The notes: generated by a model from the sequence alone, not told the origin. A stretch of 64,000 nucleotides of DNA from Candidatus Poribacteria bacterium (GCA_965222225.1 CBDCTK010000002.1:1856001-1920000), one strand, 5' to 3'; positions 50,861 through 61,334 are shown, numbered from the stretch's first letter. Made by a program: numbers and translations.

Positions 50861-52354
50861 ATGAAAGAAGGTCATATCCATTTTCTTGCCACTGATTGTT
50901 GTTCTATGTCTTCCCCCCGTAGTTTGGTTTCGCCTCGTCTCTTTATTTGGTCTATTGTGGCGATTTGTCTCTTATGCTTGAACCCAATACCAGCGACAGC
51001 AACTGACGATGCGGTATCCACTGATCCCCTCAACGAAGAACTTCTCGAAAATCTTTCCCTGCTGTCAGAGGTTTTGGCACATATTCAACAGGGGCATCTG
51101 GAATCACCGGAGCCAAAGAAACTAATGTACGGCGCCATTCGTGGAATGCTGCGTACGCTTGATCCGTATAGCCAATTTTTTGATCCTGAAAGCTATGGGG
51201 ATTTCCGAACCGAAAGTCGAGGCGCCTATGGTGGTCTAGGTATGGTAATTGGATTTCGCCAAGACCGTCTGACCATAATCTCGCCATTCAAAGGCACGCC
51301 TGCCTACGAGGCTGGGGTTCAGAGTGGTGATATTATCAGCCTAATAGAAGAGGAATCGACCGCGACGATGGCTGTTGACGAAGCAGTCGAACGCTTGCGC
51401 GGAGAACCGGGCACCCAAGTGACGATTACTCTGCTGCGCGAAGGTGAAAACGAACCGATTGAGATGACAATAACACGCGATGTCATCCGTTTTCGTTCCG
51501 TTGAATCCAAAGTTCTAAAAGGCGATGTCGCGTACATCCGAATCAATCAGTTCCGGGACACCACGGGAGCCGATGTTGACAAGGCTTTTGAATCCTTCGA
51601 TTCACAGGAACTTCGCGGGATGATTTTAGATTTGCGGTCTAACCCGGGCGGCTTGCTCAGCTCCGCCGTTGAAGTGGCGAGCGATTTCCTTGACCCCGAT
51701 CAGTTGGTCGTCTATACGGAGGGCACTAGCCAGCGAGAAGATTTACTTGCCCGTCCCGGACAGCAACAGAAACACTATCCTCTCGTTGTCCTCGTCAATG
51801 GAGGGAGCGCAAGCGGATCGGAGATTGTTGCGGCAGCGATTAAAGACCATGGGCGTGGTCTTGTACTTGGTCGCAAAACCTTCGGAAAGGCCTCGGTACA
51901 GAAGGTGTTTCCGCTAAGTGGCGACCATGCGATGAAACTGACCGTCGCTCATTACTACAGCCCCAGCGGAGTTAATATCCACAAGATCGGGATTACGCCG
52001 GATATTGAAGTCCCATGGTTCAGTCAATCCGAGAATAAAATTCTTACTAAGCTGCGCCAGCACGAAAAAATCAAAACCTTTATTGAGGAAAATGGCGATG
52101 ACGTTTTGACAAAGTTGGATGAGGCACGCCATGCGTCGCGCGAGGACCGTGAGGCTATTGCTCTGTTGAGGAAATATCGGCGCCTTGTAGATACGTTGTC
52201 TAAAGAGGAACTTGTCCTAGGCAATGCCGGGATAGACCTTGCCATCGCGCGTGAAACTGAAAATGACGTTGACGAGTACGAACACGATCCGCAAATCCTG
52301 GCTGCCAGTCAACAGCTAAAGTTGCTCGAACTTTTCCAAACAATACTCAAATAA
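50861..52354 (+). CDS. ctpA: S41 family carboxyl-terminal processing protease
   Basis: LDPYS, GGLG (PDZ), LDLRSNPGGLL, SASGSEIVA, GKASVQ, GITPDI. Confidence 0.92.
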   Translation: MKEGHIHFLATDCCSMSSPRSLVSPRLFIWSIVAICLLCLNPIPATATDDAVSTDPLNEELLENLSLLSEVLAHIQQGHLESPEPKKLMYGAIRGMLRTLDPYSQFFDPESYGDFRTESRGAYGGLGMVIGFRQDRLTIISPFKGTPAYEAGVQSGDIISLIEEESTATMAVDEAVERLRGEPGTQVTITLLREGENEPIEMTITRDVIRFRSVESKVLKGDVAYIRINQFRDTTGADVDKAFESFDSQELRGMILDLRSNPGGLLSSAVEVASDFLDPDQLVVYTEGTSQREDLLARPGQQQKHYPLVVLVNGGSASGSEIVAAAIKDHGRGLVLGRKTFGKASVQKVFPLSGDHAMKLTVAHYYSPSGVNIHKIGITPDIEVPWFSQSENKILTKLRQHEKIKTFIEENGDDVLTKLDEARHASREDREAIALLRKYRRLVDTLSKEELVLGNAGIDLAIARETENDVDEYEHDPQILAASQQLKLLELFQTILK

Positions 52355-52467
52355 CTGACATAGCAGCTCCTAACGGGCGAGTGAAGAGAGGCTCAACTTG
52401 CCGCTATCCGAAGTGTTTATCCACATTCACCGGCGTCTGACTACCGCTGAAAGCGAGCTATTGCCTT

Positions 52468-53847
52468 ATGACCACGAAACCGAATGTCCTTCTTATAGGC
52501 GTTGATTCACTTCTTGCCGACCACATGAGTTGCTACGGTTATCACCGCCTCACCACCCCACATATAGATCGGTTCGCTCAAGGCGGAGTGCTTTTTGAGC
52601 AAACATACAGCGCCCATATTCCGACAACCAGCGCCTATTCATCAATGCTCTCCGGCATGGATTGCTTCAGTACCCAAGTCGTCGCGCTACGACATAAGGG
52701 CCCCCTTAGACCCGAGGTTAAGACCTTGGCTGAAATCCTTCGAGAATCCGGCTATAACACCACTTGTGTCGGTTTCAGTGGTAATCCCGGTTCCCGAGGC
52801 TTTGACAACTACCTTGATTACCCGGGCTGGGGAAGTTGGGCAGAAGGACGTAGTCCAAAGGCGCAGAACCTCAACAACGTGACGATTCCCGAATTGAATA
52901 GGCTTTTGGATCAGCGCGACCCCTTTTTCCTTTTTCTTCGCCACATGGATCCGCATGCACCCTACCTGCCGCCCGAACCCTATGAGCGTATGTTTTATCA
53001 CGGCGACGAATGCGATCCGAGTAATACATCAATGCAACCCGTAATGGCGTTTAAGCCGTTTCGCGATTTCTTCGCGAGTTGGATGCCGCCCGGAATAACC
53101 GACAAAGACTACGTCATTGCGCAGTATGATGGCGCTATCGCGTACATGGATGCCTGTATACAGGCTATCTTCAACGCTCTTGAAACCCGAGGCGTCCTCG
53201 ACGACACCATTGTTATCTTCAATGGCGATCATGGTGAGACCCTTTACGGTCATGAGTGCTGGTTTGACCATCACGGACTTTACGATGTCACTCTGCATGT
53301 CCCTTTGATTATCCGTTATCCGCGTGCCATCCCCGCAAGCAAACATGTATCCGGTTTTAACCAGCACAAAGATCTCGTGCCAACAATCCTTAAACTGGCA
53401 GCGATTCAGACGGACATTGACTTTGATGGCAGAAGTCTGGTGCCGATGATTAGGGGCGAGGTCGCCTCACATGAGAGTGAATTTTACATTACCGAGTGCA
53501 CCTGGATGCGGAAACACGGTTGGCGAACACCACACTGGAAGTTGATTGTTGCGCTTGAACCCGATTTTCATTTTAAACCCACGATTGAACTCTACAATCT
53601 CATCGAAGACCCTGATGAAAACAACAACCTCGCGGAGGATCGCCCGGATATTGTTGCCACTTTGCAAGATAGAATGCAGACTTGGATTGCCAAACGCGAG
53701 AAGGAAACCGGTCTAAAAAACCCAATGATGACGCAAGGAGCATGGGTAGAAGGCGCGCCGTTCAAGACATCTCAAGATGCGTACGACACGCTGCATATTG
53801 GAGATCCTGGACAGGCGGCGCGATTGCAAGCCAAAAGTCGGAAGTAA
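52468..53847 (+). CDS. Sulfatase-like (alkaline phosphatase superfamily) hydrolase without a CxPxR motif
   Basis: NVLLIGVDSL.ADH, TPHID, MDPHAPY, YDGAI.Y.D, GDHGE, HVPLII, ELYNL..DP.E..NL. Confidence 0.88.
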   Translation: MTTKPNVLLIGVDSLLADHMSCYGYHRLTTPHIDRFAQGGVLFEQTYSAHIPTTSAYSSMLSGMDCFSTQVVALRHKGPLRPEVKTLAEILRESGYNTTCVGFSGNPGSRGFDNYLDYPGWGSWAEGRSPKAQNLNNVTIPELNRLLDQRDPFFLFLRHMDPHAPYLPPEPYERMFYHGDECDPSNTSMQPVMAFKPFRDFFASWMPPGITDKDYVIAQYDGAIAYMDACIQAIFNALETRGVLDDTIVIFNGDHGETLYGHECWFDHHGLYDVTLHVPLIIRYPRAIPASKHVSGFNQHKDLVPTILKLAAIQTDIDFDGRSLVPMIRGEVASHESEFYITECTWMRKHGWRTPHWKLIVALEPDFHFKPTIELYNLIEDPDENNNLAEDRPDIVATLQDRMQTWIAKREKETGLKNPMMTQGAWVEGAPFKTSQDAYDTLHIGDPGQAARLQAKSRK

Positions 53848-53998
53848 AGGGTAAAATCCGCAGCCCGATTTATCAGGCATCGGTTCGCAGTAGCGACATT
53901 CATCGCGCTCTAAGATTTGTAGTTTGTTACCATTCTGGGACCTATCGCTTTGTGTGAGTTTTTGCCTCTAACCACAACTCTTACCCAGTTCTTAAAGG

Positions 53999-54727
53999 AT
54001 GTCCCTAATCACAGTTATCGGGCGTGGCCATTCCGGCACGCGCGCAATTTCACATACGTTATACGCCAGCGGCGTGTATATGGGAAAGCTGCTCAATCCT
54101 TCCGGAGATAAAGTGCCGCCCGAGGAAATGTACGACGCCTGCCGCGTCATGGCAAAATACGTAAAATGGAAGGGCGGATTGTGCTGGGAGTTTTCGCCGC
54201 TGCACACGATGCAGATTGATAAGCAGTTTGAAGCGTTAATAAACAGTTATTTGGAAGATGTCCTGTCGAACGAATCCGAAAACCAGGGCTGGAAAATACC
54301 GGAGACGACGCTGGTTTATCCGTGGATCACTCGGATGTTTCCCGATATTAAGTATATTCATTGGATTCGGGATCCGAGGGATTGTATTCTCAGCCCCCAC
54401 GGCACCGACGACCTGCAGCGATTCGGAGTTGAATATTCGTTAACCGACGACGTCCGCAAACGCCGGGCAATCTCATGGCTGTATCAATACCAAATAATGC
54501 AATCAACGCCCAAGCCGAAAAACTATATTCTCATTCGCTTTGAAGATTTCGTGTTGCGGCAAGAGGAAACGCTTTCGCGGCTTGAGGATTTCTTGGGTAT
54601 CCCGCTTGCGCGCATTATTGTGCGCCTTGAAGCCGTTGGTCGTTGGAGAAAAGACCCGGGACCGTATTCTTTTGAGTTTTTGGCAGACGCTATGCGTGAA
54701 AACGGCTACGGCGAAGAATTGCAGTAG
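53999..54727 (+). CDS. Sulfotransferase family protein
   Basis: 5'-PSB-like GRGHSGT, GWK.P, 3'-PB-like IRDPRD..LS, IRFEDF, VGRWR. Confidence 0.8.
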   Translation: MSLITVIGRGHSGTRAISHTLYASGVYMGKLLNPSGDKVPPEEMYDACRVMAKYVKWKGGLCWEFSPLHTMQIDKQFEALINSYLEDVLSNESENQGWKIPETTLVYPWITRMFPDIKYIHWIRDPRDCILSPHGTDDLQRFGVEYSLTDDVRKRRAISWLYQYQIMQSTPKPKNYILIRFEDFVLRQEETLSRLEDFLGIPLARIIVRLEAVGRWRKDPGPYSFEFLADAMRENGYGEELQ

Positions 54728-54841
54728 GGTTTTTCATTGCGCGTCAGCTCTTCCCAAGTCACGTCTCATGACTGCGTTCGTCCGCACCCTGCAACCCGTT
54801 GAGCGTCTTTTAACCGAGCACTGTTATTAAGGAGGAATTAC

Positions 54842-55960
54842 ATGGCACTGAATGTCGGTGTCGTCGGTCTTAGTGGAATCGGAACCAAGCACACAAGCTG
54901 TTATGCAGACGATGAGTTGGCAGAGCTTGTAGCCGTATGCGATCTGGATGAAGAGCGTGCCGACAGTCTAGCGGAACAGTGCAACGTGAAGGCATATTAC
55001 AGCCTCAAGGACATGCTAGACGGTGAACCGAATCTTGATATAGTCGACGTCAGCACCGGAGGGAATGAGAACGGGAGCTGGCACTACGAACCCGGCATGC
55101 AGGCTTTGGAAGCGGGGAAACACGTACTCGTTGAGAAACCGCTATCGAATGACATTCGCGAAGCGCGAGAAATGGTCGGCAAAGCCGAAGAAAAAGATGT
55201 CTATTTTGGCTGCAATCTAAACCACCATTTCACTCCACCAGCTGATCGCGCAAAACAGTATATCGAAGACGGTGAAGTTGGTGAACTCGTCTACTGCCTC
55301 CACAAAATGGGGTTCGCCGGTGGGGAACGAACATACCAACCCCAAGATTCGCCCAGAATCAAAGGCTTTCCATATTTCCACATGAAAGCCTTCCTTTCGC
55401 ATCCCTTCAGTGTCATGCGGCACTTCTGCGGCGACGTGACGCACGTTCAAGCCTTCGTAACGCGCCCGAGTTTTCGGAAGAGCGCTGGCGATGTTATGTT
55501 ATCAGTGAACGGCATACACGTTCGGTTCGCCAACGACTGCATCGGCTACCTTCTCAGCCAACGCGGAGATGCGACCTTTGGGCTCGGCGGCTGGTGGAGT
55601 CTTGAGGTTGGGGGAACACGCGGAACATTCTGCGTCGAAAATTGCATTGAGAAGGTAACATTCTGGCGGGCACCCGGCGGGGAGGATGCCGCGCAGCCTG
55701 AAAATTTGGACGTGGGAACATCGTCGGGTCCCGTCGTCACGGAGTCCGGGATAACCGATTTCGGCGAGACCTTCCCGCGCAGAATCCACGCGTTTTTGGA
55801 AGACATCACGAATAACGTCCCTAAATTGCAACTCAGGGCTTCCGGGAGAGATGCATTGGCGGCGATGGAATATACATGGGCAGCGATGGAATCTTACGAA
55901 CAGGGCGGGATACTCGTCCGTCCACAGCCGCTGCCTCCGCAACATGCCCACCCTAGTTAG
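54842..55960 (+). CDS. Gfo/Idh/MocA family oxidoreductase
   Basis: VGVVGL.GIG, AVCD, GKHVLVEKP. Confidence 0.9.
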   Translation: MALNVGVVGLSGIGTKHTSCYADDELAELVAVCDLDEERADSLAEQCNVKAYYSLKDMLDGEPNLDIVDVSTGGNENGSWHYEPGMQALEAGKHVLVEKPLSNDIREAREMVGKAEEKDVYFGCNLNHHFTPPADRAKQYIEDGEVGELVYCLHKMGFAGGERTYQPQDSPRIKGFPYFHMKAFLSHPFSVMRHFCGDVTHVQAFVTRPSFRKSAGDVMLSVNGIHVRFANDCIGYLLSQRGDATFGLGGWWSLEVGGTRGTFCVENCIEKVTFWRAPGGEDAAQPENLDVGTSSGPVVTESGITDFGETFPRRIHAFLEDITNNVPKLQLRASGRDALAAMEYTWAAMESYEQGGILVRPQPLPPQHAHPS

Positions 55961-56159
55961 AAACAGGGATTAGTAGAGAATGACGGGCTAAAACCGCTTC
56001 TCATTAACTATTGACTGCTCTTCTGTTTGCAATAGCGATTTTCGAACTTCAAACCGAAGATGGATTACCTCCATCGTGGGTAGACATTTCGCTCTTTACG
56101 AGCAATTGGGATTTCACTGACCACTAACCACTTGCCACTGTTTTCAAGGAATGAAATAG

Positions 56160-56957
56160 ATGAAATTAGGAGCTAATTCCGTCCTGTTTGGCGGTCATGA
56201 CATGGAAGTTGCCTTCAAGTATATCGCTATGGCTGGATACGACGGCATTGAGTTGTCTGCCATTGATGGCATGAGCGAACACCTCGTCCTCAATCGCTGG
56301 CGCGAACTTGCGCATGAGATTAAGCGACTGTCGAAAGATTATAGTCTCGAACTGTTGGCGATGGAACAACCATCACAAGACCACGCCACCATGGAGAAAG
56401 CCTTTCAAGCGACCGTCGAAATCGGGATTCCTATCGTCAACTGCGGTCCGGGCGGGAAATCCGATGATGAGGAATCTTGGCCCAAAATTATCGACTCACT
56501 TGGCAACTTGGCGGAGATGGCGGAACGATACGGCGTGACCTTGTGTGTGAAAGCGCACGTAGGCGCGAGCATTTACAACACGCCGACCACTCTGCGGGCG
56601 ATGGAGGAGATTTCCTCCCCCGCTTTCGGTATTGATATGGACCCGTCACACATTCATCGTGCCGGTGAAAATCCGGTTGAAGCCATTGCCGCCGTCATCT
56701 CACGGGTCAAGCACGTACATATTCGCGACTGTAAAGGGCGCGAGCCCGGACCGGGGAAGCCGGAATTGCAGGCAAGTGGCAGAGGAGACATAGATTTGGT
56801 CGGTTATATCCGTGTGTTGCATGAAAACAACTACACCGGCCCGCTTAATCTGGAAGTGATAGGTGCAAAGGAGTACGATGCTGCGCAATGCAGCGTCATC
56901 GTCGCCGAGTCGCGAGGCCACATGCAGGCGTGTCTGCAAGCGTGTGGGGCAAGATAA
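56160..56957 (+). CDS. Sugar phosphate isomerase/epimerase (AP_endonuc_2 TIM barrel)
   Basis: AGYDGIEL, DMDPSH, HVHIRD, G.GDID, YTGPLNLE. Confidence 0.85.
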   Translation: MKLGANSVLFGGHDMEVAFKYIAMAGYDGIELSAIDGMSEHLVLNRWRELAHEIKRLSKDYSLELLAMEQPSQDHATMEKAFQATVEIGIPIVNCGPGGKSDDEESWPKIIDSLGNLAEMAERYGVTLCVKAHVGASIYNTPTTLRAMEEISSPAFGIDMDPSHIHRAGENPVEAIAAVISRVKHVHIRDCKGREPGPGKPELQASGRGDIDLVGYIRVLHENNYTGPLNLEVIGAKEYDAAQCSVIVAESRGHMQACLQACGAR

Positions 56958-57126
56958 ACGCGATTACATCTCAAAATCTGTACGCAGCCGGTTATTAGAT
57001 CGTTTCCACCGGCTCATGGAGTAACGATGTTATCTGCTGCTGAATCCCAAATGTTGGAATACCTGTCTACCGTGCTGGGACTCACATTGTTAAATGGTTC
57101 AGCCACGATTTGGTATGACGCCGGTT

Positions 57127-58269
57127 TTACCCTTGGATTTCCACCGAGGGTGGATTAACGTAGTCATGATACCGATCGTTAATCCTACCCCTGCTTGCGT
57201 CGTAACGATGTACGCAAATGCGGTAACGGAAGGTCAAGGAAGTACCTGCTGGGATTGTGTGCGTGCCGTCTTTGAGGAAACTGCTTCGGTAGACAGCGTA
57301 TCCAAATGGGTTTGCCGTCATCAAACCGTAATCGCGTACGTGCCAACAGGTCGGATGCCGCAGGTTCATCGGATGATCGAAGATCGCGATGCCCATCTCT
57401 TGTCCATCGACTCTACCTGAATAATCGCACCAATGAGCGGGCTTGCCCCAACACTCGGACTCGCCAACTCCTCCTACGCTGTTTTCAATTCGCCCGCCTT
57501 TATTCGCGTCCATCGACGTGGCAACACGGACGCTACAGAACGCCCCCTCTTTGGTATCGCCCAGCCGGACATCGCGATCTTGCGCCTTTAACGTTACGGT
57601 CAAGTCCATTAAACGTGCCACGTCAGGGGTCGCGTAAAAACACGCTGTTCGTGTCTCTTTCATCACACACCGATGGGCATGATCCTCCCAATCCAGATGG
57701 TGTTGGAATTCTCCGAGCACAGGCCCATCCACAACGTAAGTAAACTGGCGGTGCGTCTGCCAGCCGTGTTCGCCTTCTTCAATCCAATTATCCGTTCCGT
57801 TTACGTCGCCAAATGCCACCCATACGGAACGATGATGGATGTGGTCGGGTGTTTCGCCTTCCACCTCTGCCATGGGATAGTTCCGTGTAATCTGTTTCTG
57901 ATCAGGTCCGAGAAAAGGATAGAAGTGTGGGCGCGGAAACTTGGAATCATATTGATAGCAGGTGAACTCCTGTTCTCCGATTTTGATGTCAATCGCGCTG
58001 TCATTACTACGGTGATCGAAGCATACCCCAAGCTCTGTATCCAGACGATTCACCTCGGGTTCGAAGGTCAGACGCATTTCGCTGTGTTCTGCCAACTCGT
58101 CGATGACGAACCACAATGCCCCCTTGTGAATCTGACACGGAACCTCAGTCCCTGTATCACCTCGCGTGAGTCGACCGCTTAAAGGGTTGTCTGATAGCTT
58201 GATGCTTACCGGAGTGTGAAGTCGCTCATGCGCCCCGGCTTTAACAAGAAGGTTGATTGGCTTTGTCAT
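57127..58269 (-). CDS. PmoA-like / DUF6807 family protein
   Basis: P.FYP, DHIHHRSVW, GDTKEG, W.DYSG, IAIFDHP.N, WHVRDYGL..ANPFG, FRYR..VH. Confidence 0.75.
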   Translation of the reverse strand: MTKPINLLVKAGAHERLHTPVSIKLSDNPLSGRLTRGDTGTEVPCQIHKGALWFVIDELAEHSEMRLTFEPEVNRLDTELGVCFDHRSNDSAIDIKIGEQEFTCYQYDSKFPRPHFYPFLGPDQKQITRNYPMAEVEGETPDHIHHRSVWVAFGDVNGTDNWIEEGEHGWQTHRQFTYVVDGPVLGEFQHHLDWEDHAHRCVMKETRTACFYATPDVARLMDLTVTLKAQDRDVRLGDTKEGAFCSVRVATSMDANKGGRIENSVGGVGESECWGKPAHWCDYSGRVDGQEMGIAIFDHPMNLRHPTCWHVRDYGLMTANPFGYAVYRSSFLKDGTHTIPAGTSLTFRYRICVHRYDASRGRINDRYHDYVNPPSVEIQG

Positions 58270-58282
58270 GTATTGCTTATTC

Positions 58283-59110
58283 CTATATTGCGCCCGCTTC
58301 TCGAAACGTCCGTTTCAGGTACGCTAGGCTTTCGCGGGCAATTGACTCGGGATTTGGTTCGTAGTTAAAGACTTCCACCGATACCACTCCGTCGTATTCC
58401 ACCTTTTTCAGGGCGCGGGCGATGGGAACAAAATCGATCTCGCCGAATCCTGGGCCCCGCAGATTGGGATCGTTGGCGTGAAAATAGGCAAGATATTCCT
58501 GATTCTCGCTGATGATTTCGTCAATGGTCTTCTCTTCACTGCACATGGCATTCACATCCAAATGCAACCGGCATGCGGGATGGTCTACAGCCTTAATCAC
58601 CCGCACGGTCTCCTCGGCGTTTACCATGAAATTGGTATATTCGGCGGAAAGAGGTTCCAATGCTAGGGTCACCCCCAAGGGATACGCAACATCGCACACA
58701 TCGCGAAATAGTTCCACTGCCCTCCCGAATGCGTCATCGTACGTTTCGCCGGGCAACACATCCCGATGTTTGGGGCTACCGAAAACTATAACCTCGCCCC
58801 CCATAACGGCGCAGATGCGAGTCAAATGTTGGAGGACTTCCTTGGTGCGTTTTCGGATTTCACCATCTGGGCAGGTCAACTGCAGCCCTTCCGGCTTCTG
58901 CAGCAGCCAATGAAATCCTGTCACGGTAAGCCCGGATGCCTTGGCGAGGTCGCCGATTTTCCGAGCGTCACTCTCGGTAATCCTGCTTGGGTCATTGTTG
59001 AGTGTAAATGGTGCGATTTCGACCGCGTCATAGCCGCTTTCGGCGATGTCCGCGCAAGCAGCTTCAAAATCCCAACCCTCGTAGGTCTCGTTGCAAATGG
59101 CAAATTTCAT
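58283..59110 (-). CDS. Sugar phosphate isomerase/epimerase (D-tagatose 3-epimerase-like)
   Basis: GYDAVEIAPF, FGSPK.R, ALEPL, HLDV, FHAND, PGFG..DF, SVEVF. Confidence 0.85.
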   Translation of the reverse strand: MKFAICNETYEGWDFEAACADIAESGYDAVEIAPFTLNNDPSRITESDARKIGDLAKASGLTVTGFHWLLQKPEGLQLTCPDGEIRKRTKEVLQHLTRICAVMGGEVIVFGSPKHRDVLPGETYDDAFGRAVELFRDVCDVAYPLGVTLALEPLSAEYTNFMVNAEETVRVIKAVDHPACRLHLDVNAMCSEEKTIDEIISENQEYLAYFHANDPNLRGPGFGEIDFVPIARALKKVEYDGVVSVEVFNYEPNPESIARESLAYLKRTFREAGAI

Positions 59111-59172
59111 TGGGTGTGATACTGTCAGTGACTACGACCAGATACCTTACTGAAAGGGATAAGAGAACGATT

Positions 59173-59239
59173 TAGGACTTTCATAGCAACGGTAGGATCA
59201 ATCTCCGAGTCGTGACCTTTTGTGGCTGAGTAAGTCCTA
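59173..59239. repeat. AGGACTTACGCA-type shell with an internal REP
   Basis: taggactt...aagtccta flanking gtaggatcaatctccgagtcgtgacc. Confidence 0.55.
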
Positions 59240-59251
59240 CGAGGAATACTT

Positions 59252-60007
59252 TCAGGGGTTGCAGACATGTAATGCATTCTTCAGCGCTTCCACGGGATCC
59301 CCTGTGGGAATGAATTCGTGCCCTACGTATCCATCGTAGCCCGTATCCCTGATTGCGGTGATGACTACCGGGTAATAAATTTCCTGAGTTTCGTCAAGAT
59401 TATTTCGTCCGGGATTTCCCGCCGTGTGATAATGAGCAAAGTGTTCATGGTTGTCTTGGATAGTGCGGATTAGATCGCCTTCCATGATTTGCATGTGATA
59501 GATATCGTAGAGTAGCTTTACCCGTGGTGATTCGACACGTTTGATGACTTCTACCCCCCATTCGGTCCGGTCACACTGATAGCCTGCGTGGTTTACTTTG
59601 CTGTTCAACAACTCTAGCACCAAATACACGTCTGCCTCTTCCGCTGCCTTTGCCACCCGCCGCAATCCTTCCGCGGTTATGTCTATACCCCGCTCATCAC
59701 TTTCGCCGTGGCGATTTCCGGAAAAACAGATTAAGCAGCGTATTGAATACCTTTCCGCCAGTTTGAGGTTCTCGACAATTTCTCTTTCAATGCGATCATG
59801 ATTGCCGGTTTTGTTAAGACCGTCGCCAAGACTTTCGTGTCCGACTACGGCGGCAATTTCTAAGCCGGCACCCCGGATGGCGTCCCAGTGTTGCTGTCCG
59901 ACAAGTTCGATTCCATCGAACCCCAACTTGACGACGCTTGAGATTAGTTTTTCCGGGGGCATTCGGCTTTCAAAGCACCACCAAGAAATAGAATGTCGAA
60001 TCGTCAT
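59252..60007 (-). CDS. hyi: Hydroxypyruvate isomerase family protein
   Basis: LICFSGNR, ELLNSKV.H.GYQCD, KLLYDIYHMQIMEGD, HYHTAGNPGR, GHEF.P. Confidence 0.85.
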   Translation of the reverse strand: MTIRHSISWWCFESRMPPEKLISSVVKLGFDGIELVGQQHWDAIRGAGLEIAAVVGHESLGDGLNKTGNHDRIEREIVENLKLAERYSIRCLICFSGNRHGESDERGIDITAEGLRRVAKAAEEADVYLVLELLNSKVNHAGYQCDRTEWGVEVIKRVESPRVKLLYDIYHMQIMEGDLIRTIQDNHEHFAHYHTAGNPGRNNLDETQEIYYPVVITAIRDTGYDGYVGHEFIPTGDPVEALKNALHVCNP

Positions 60008-60250
60008 TTTATACGTCCTTTAAAAGAGATTGGAGCGAGACGGGCCGTGCTCGCATAACTATAAAGTCTCGAAAGAGCGAATCTCTGACGCGAAGATAGC
60101 AGGGCAGATGACATCTTTGGAAAACCGTAGGGACACTATTCTATGCGTTGAACCCCTTTTGTACAATAAGAAAATTTAGCATCTCGGCAGAGACTCCAGG
60201 AAGAGAATGAATCCCTCATTCGCGGGGTTGTAAATCTCTTGACTCTTGTT

Positions 60251-61063
60251 CTAATAGTCAACAATTTGACAGAATTTGAATAACTCACGCGTCCGCTCCG
60301 AAAAGCCCTCGTATGATTCAGGCGGTACTTTCATTTGGTGTCCGATGTCAATCCAAGACAACCCATAGCCGACAACAACCTCGGGACGCGGCGCGTTGGA
60401 AATGTTTGGCGTGCCGCGATGGAGCATACGAGGGTCCTGTATCCACATCGATCCCTTTTTCATGTTGAGCTGGCGAGCCGACGGAAAATCACCCCGCGTC
60501 AGCACCTCGTCATACAGGCTCTGCAAGTCGGGATTAGCAATATATTGAGTAGAAGGAAGCACTTCGACGCTGCCATTCTCCTCAGAAGTGTCCACGAGCG
60601 GAAACTTGATGCCCAGTATCGGGCAGGTATCAAGACCGACATGCGGAATCTCGCCGGGCAGCGGCGTGTCTCGGTGCCAGTGCTGGTACTCACTCCCCGG
60701 GTAAGGGTTGTTGGAATGAAAGCATTTGATATAGAACTCCTCTTTTCCCCAATAGCGCTTGAGAAACTCGAGAATAACAGGATTTTCATATACCTCCGGG
60801 TCGGCGAACGGAGGTACCCACGGAATTGTCATCGTGTAGCGGTTTACATTCTGTTGGCGCCCGAAACCTGTTCGCAGGTCGCCCCATTCTCTGTCAGCGA
60901 TGCCGGCTTCCCGCTTCCTGATATGTTCTAGCATCGGCAGAAACGCTGCCCGAATGCGGTCCACCGCGTTGACTGAAAGGACATCCTCCAATACGACGTA
61001 GCCGTTAATCCTGAACTCGGCAACTCTTAAGTCGAAGTCTACGTCTTCACACTTTACAGTCAT
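60251..61063 (-). CDS. Phytanoyl-CoA dioxygenase (PhyH) family protein
   Basis: NGYVVL, QHWHRD, ENG..E..PST, LHRGTPN.S..PR. Confidence 0.85.
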   Translation of the reverse strand: MTVKCEDVDFDLRVAEFRINGYVVLEDVLSVNAVDRIRAAFLPMLEHIRKREAGIADREWGDLRTGFGRQQNVNRYTMTIPWVPPFADPEVYENPVILEFLKRYWGKEEFYIKCFHSNNPYPGSEYQHWHRDTPLPGEIPHVGLDTCPILGIKFPLVDTSEENGSVEVLPSTQYIANPDLQSLYDEVLTRGDFPSARQLNMKKGSMWIQDPRMLHRGTPNISNAPRPEVVVGYGLSWIDIGHQMKVPPESYEGFSERTRELFKFCQIVDY

Positions 61064-61334
61064 TGATTCCTCCGGCGTCGACTGGATTGTTCAGATTGTC
61101 GCAACGGTTTTGCTCATCAATCTGTATTGAGAAAACCGGTTGAAAAATCCATCGAATTGTCAAATCCAACTGTACTCTCTCAAAAAAGTGTCCACGTCAA
61201 TCAGATGAGTACGAAACCAAGGCCGATGAATCGGCGCATCATAAACCGCGCCGGATGTGGACTAGATAGGGCAAAAATCGGCGATTTGCTAATCGACGAT
61301 TGCTACTACATACCGAGCTGTATAAACTCGAATC

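Noticed and set aside
57127-58269. Particulate methane monooxygenase
   Set aside because: The PmoA-like family label is misleading: this is a soluble protein with no TM helices, no pmoB/pmoC and a sugar-metabolism context.
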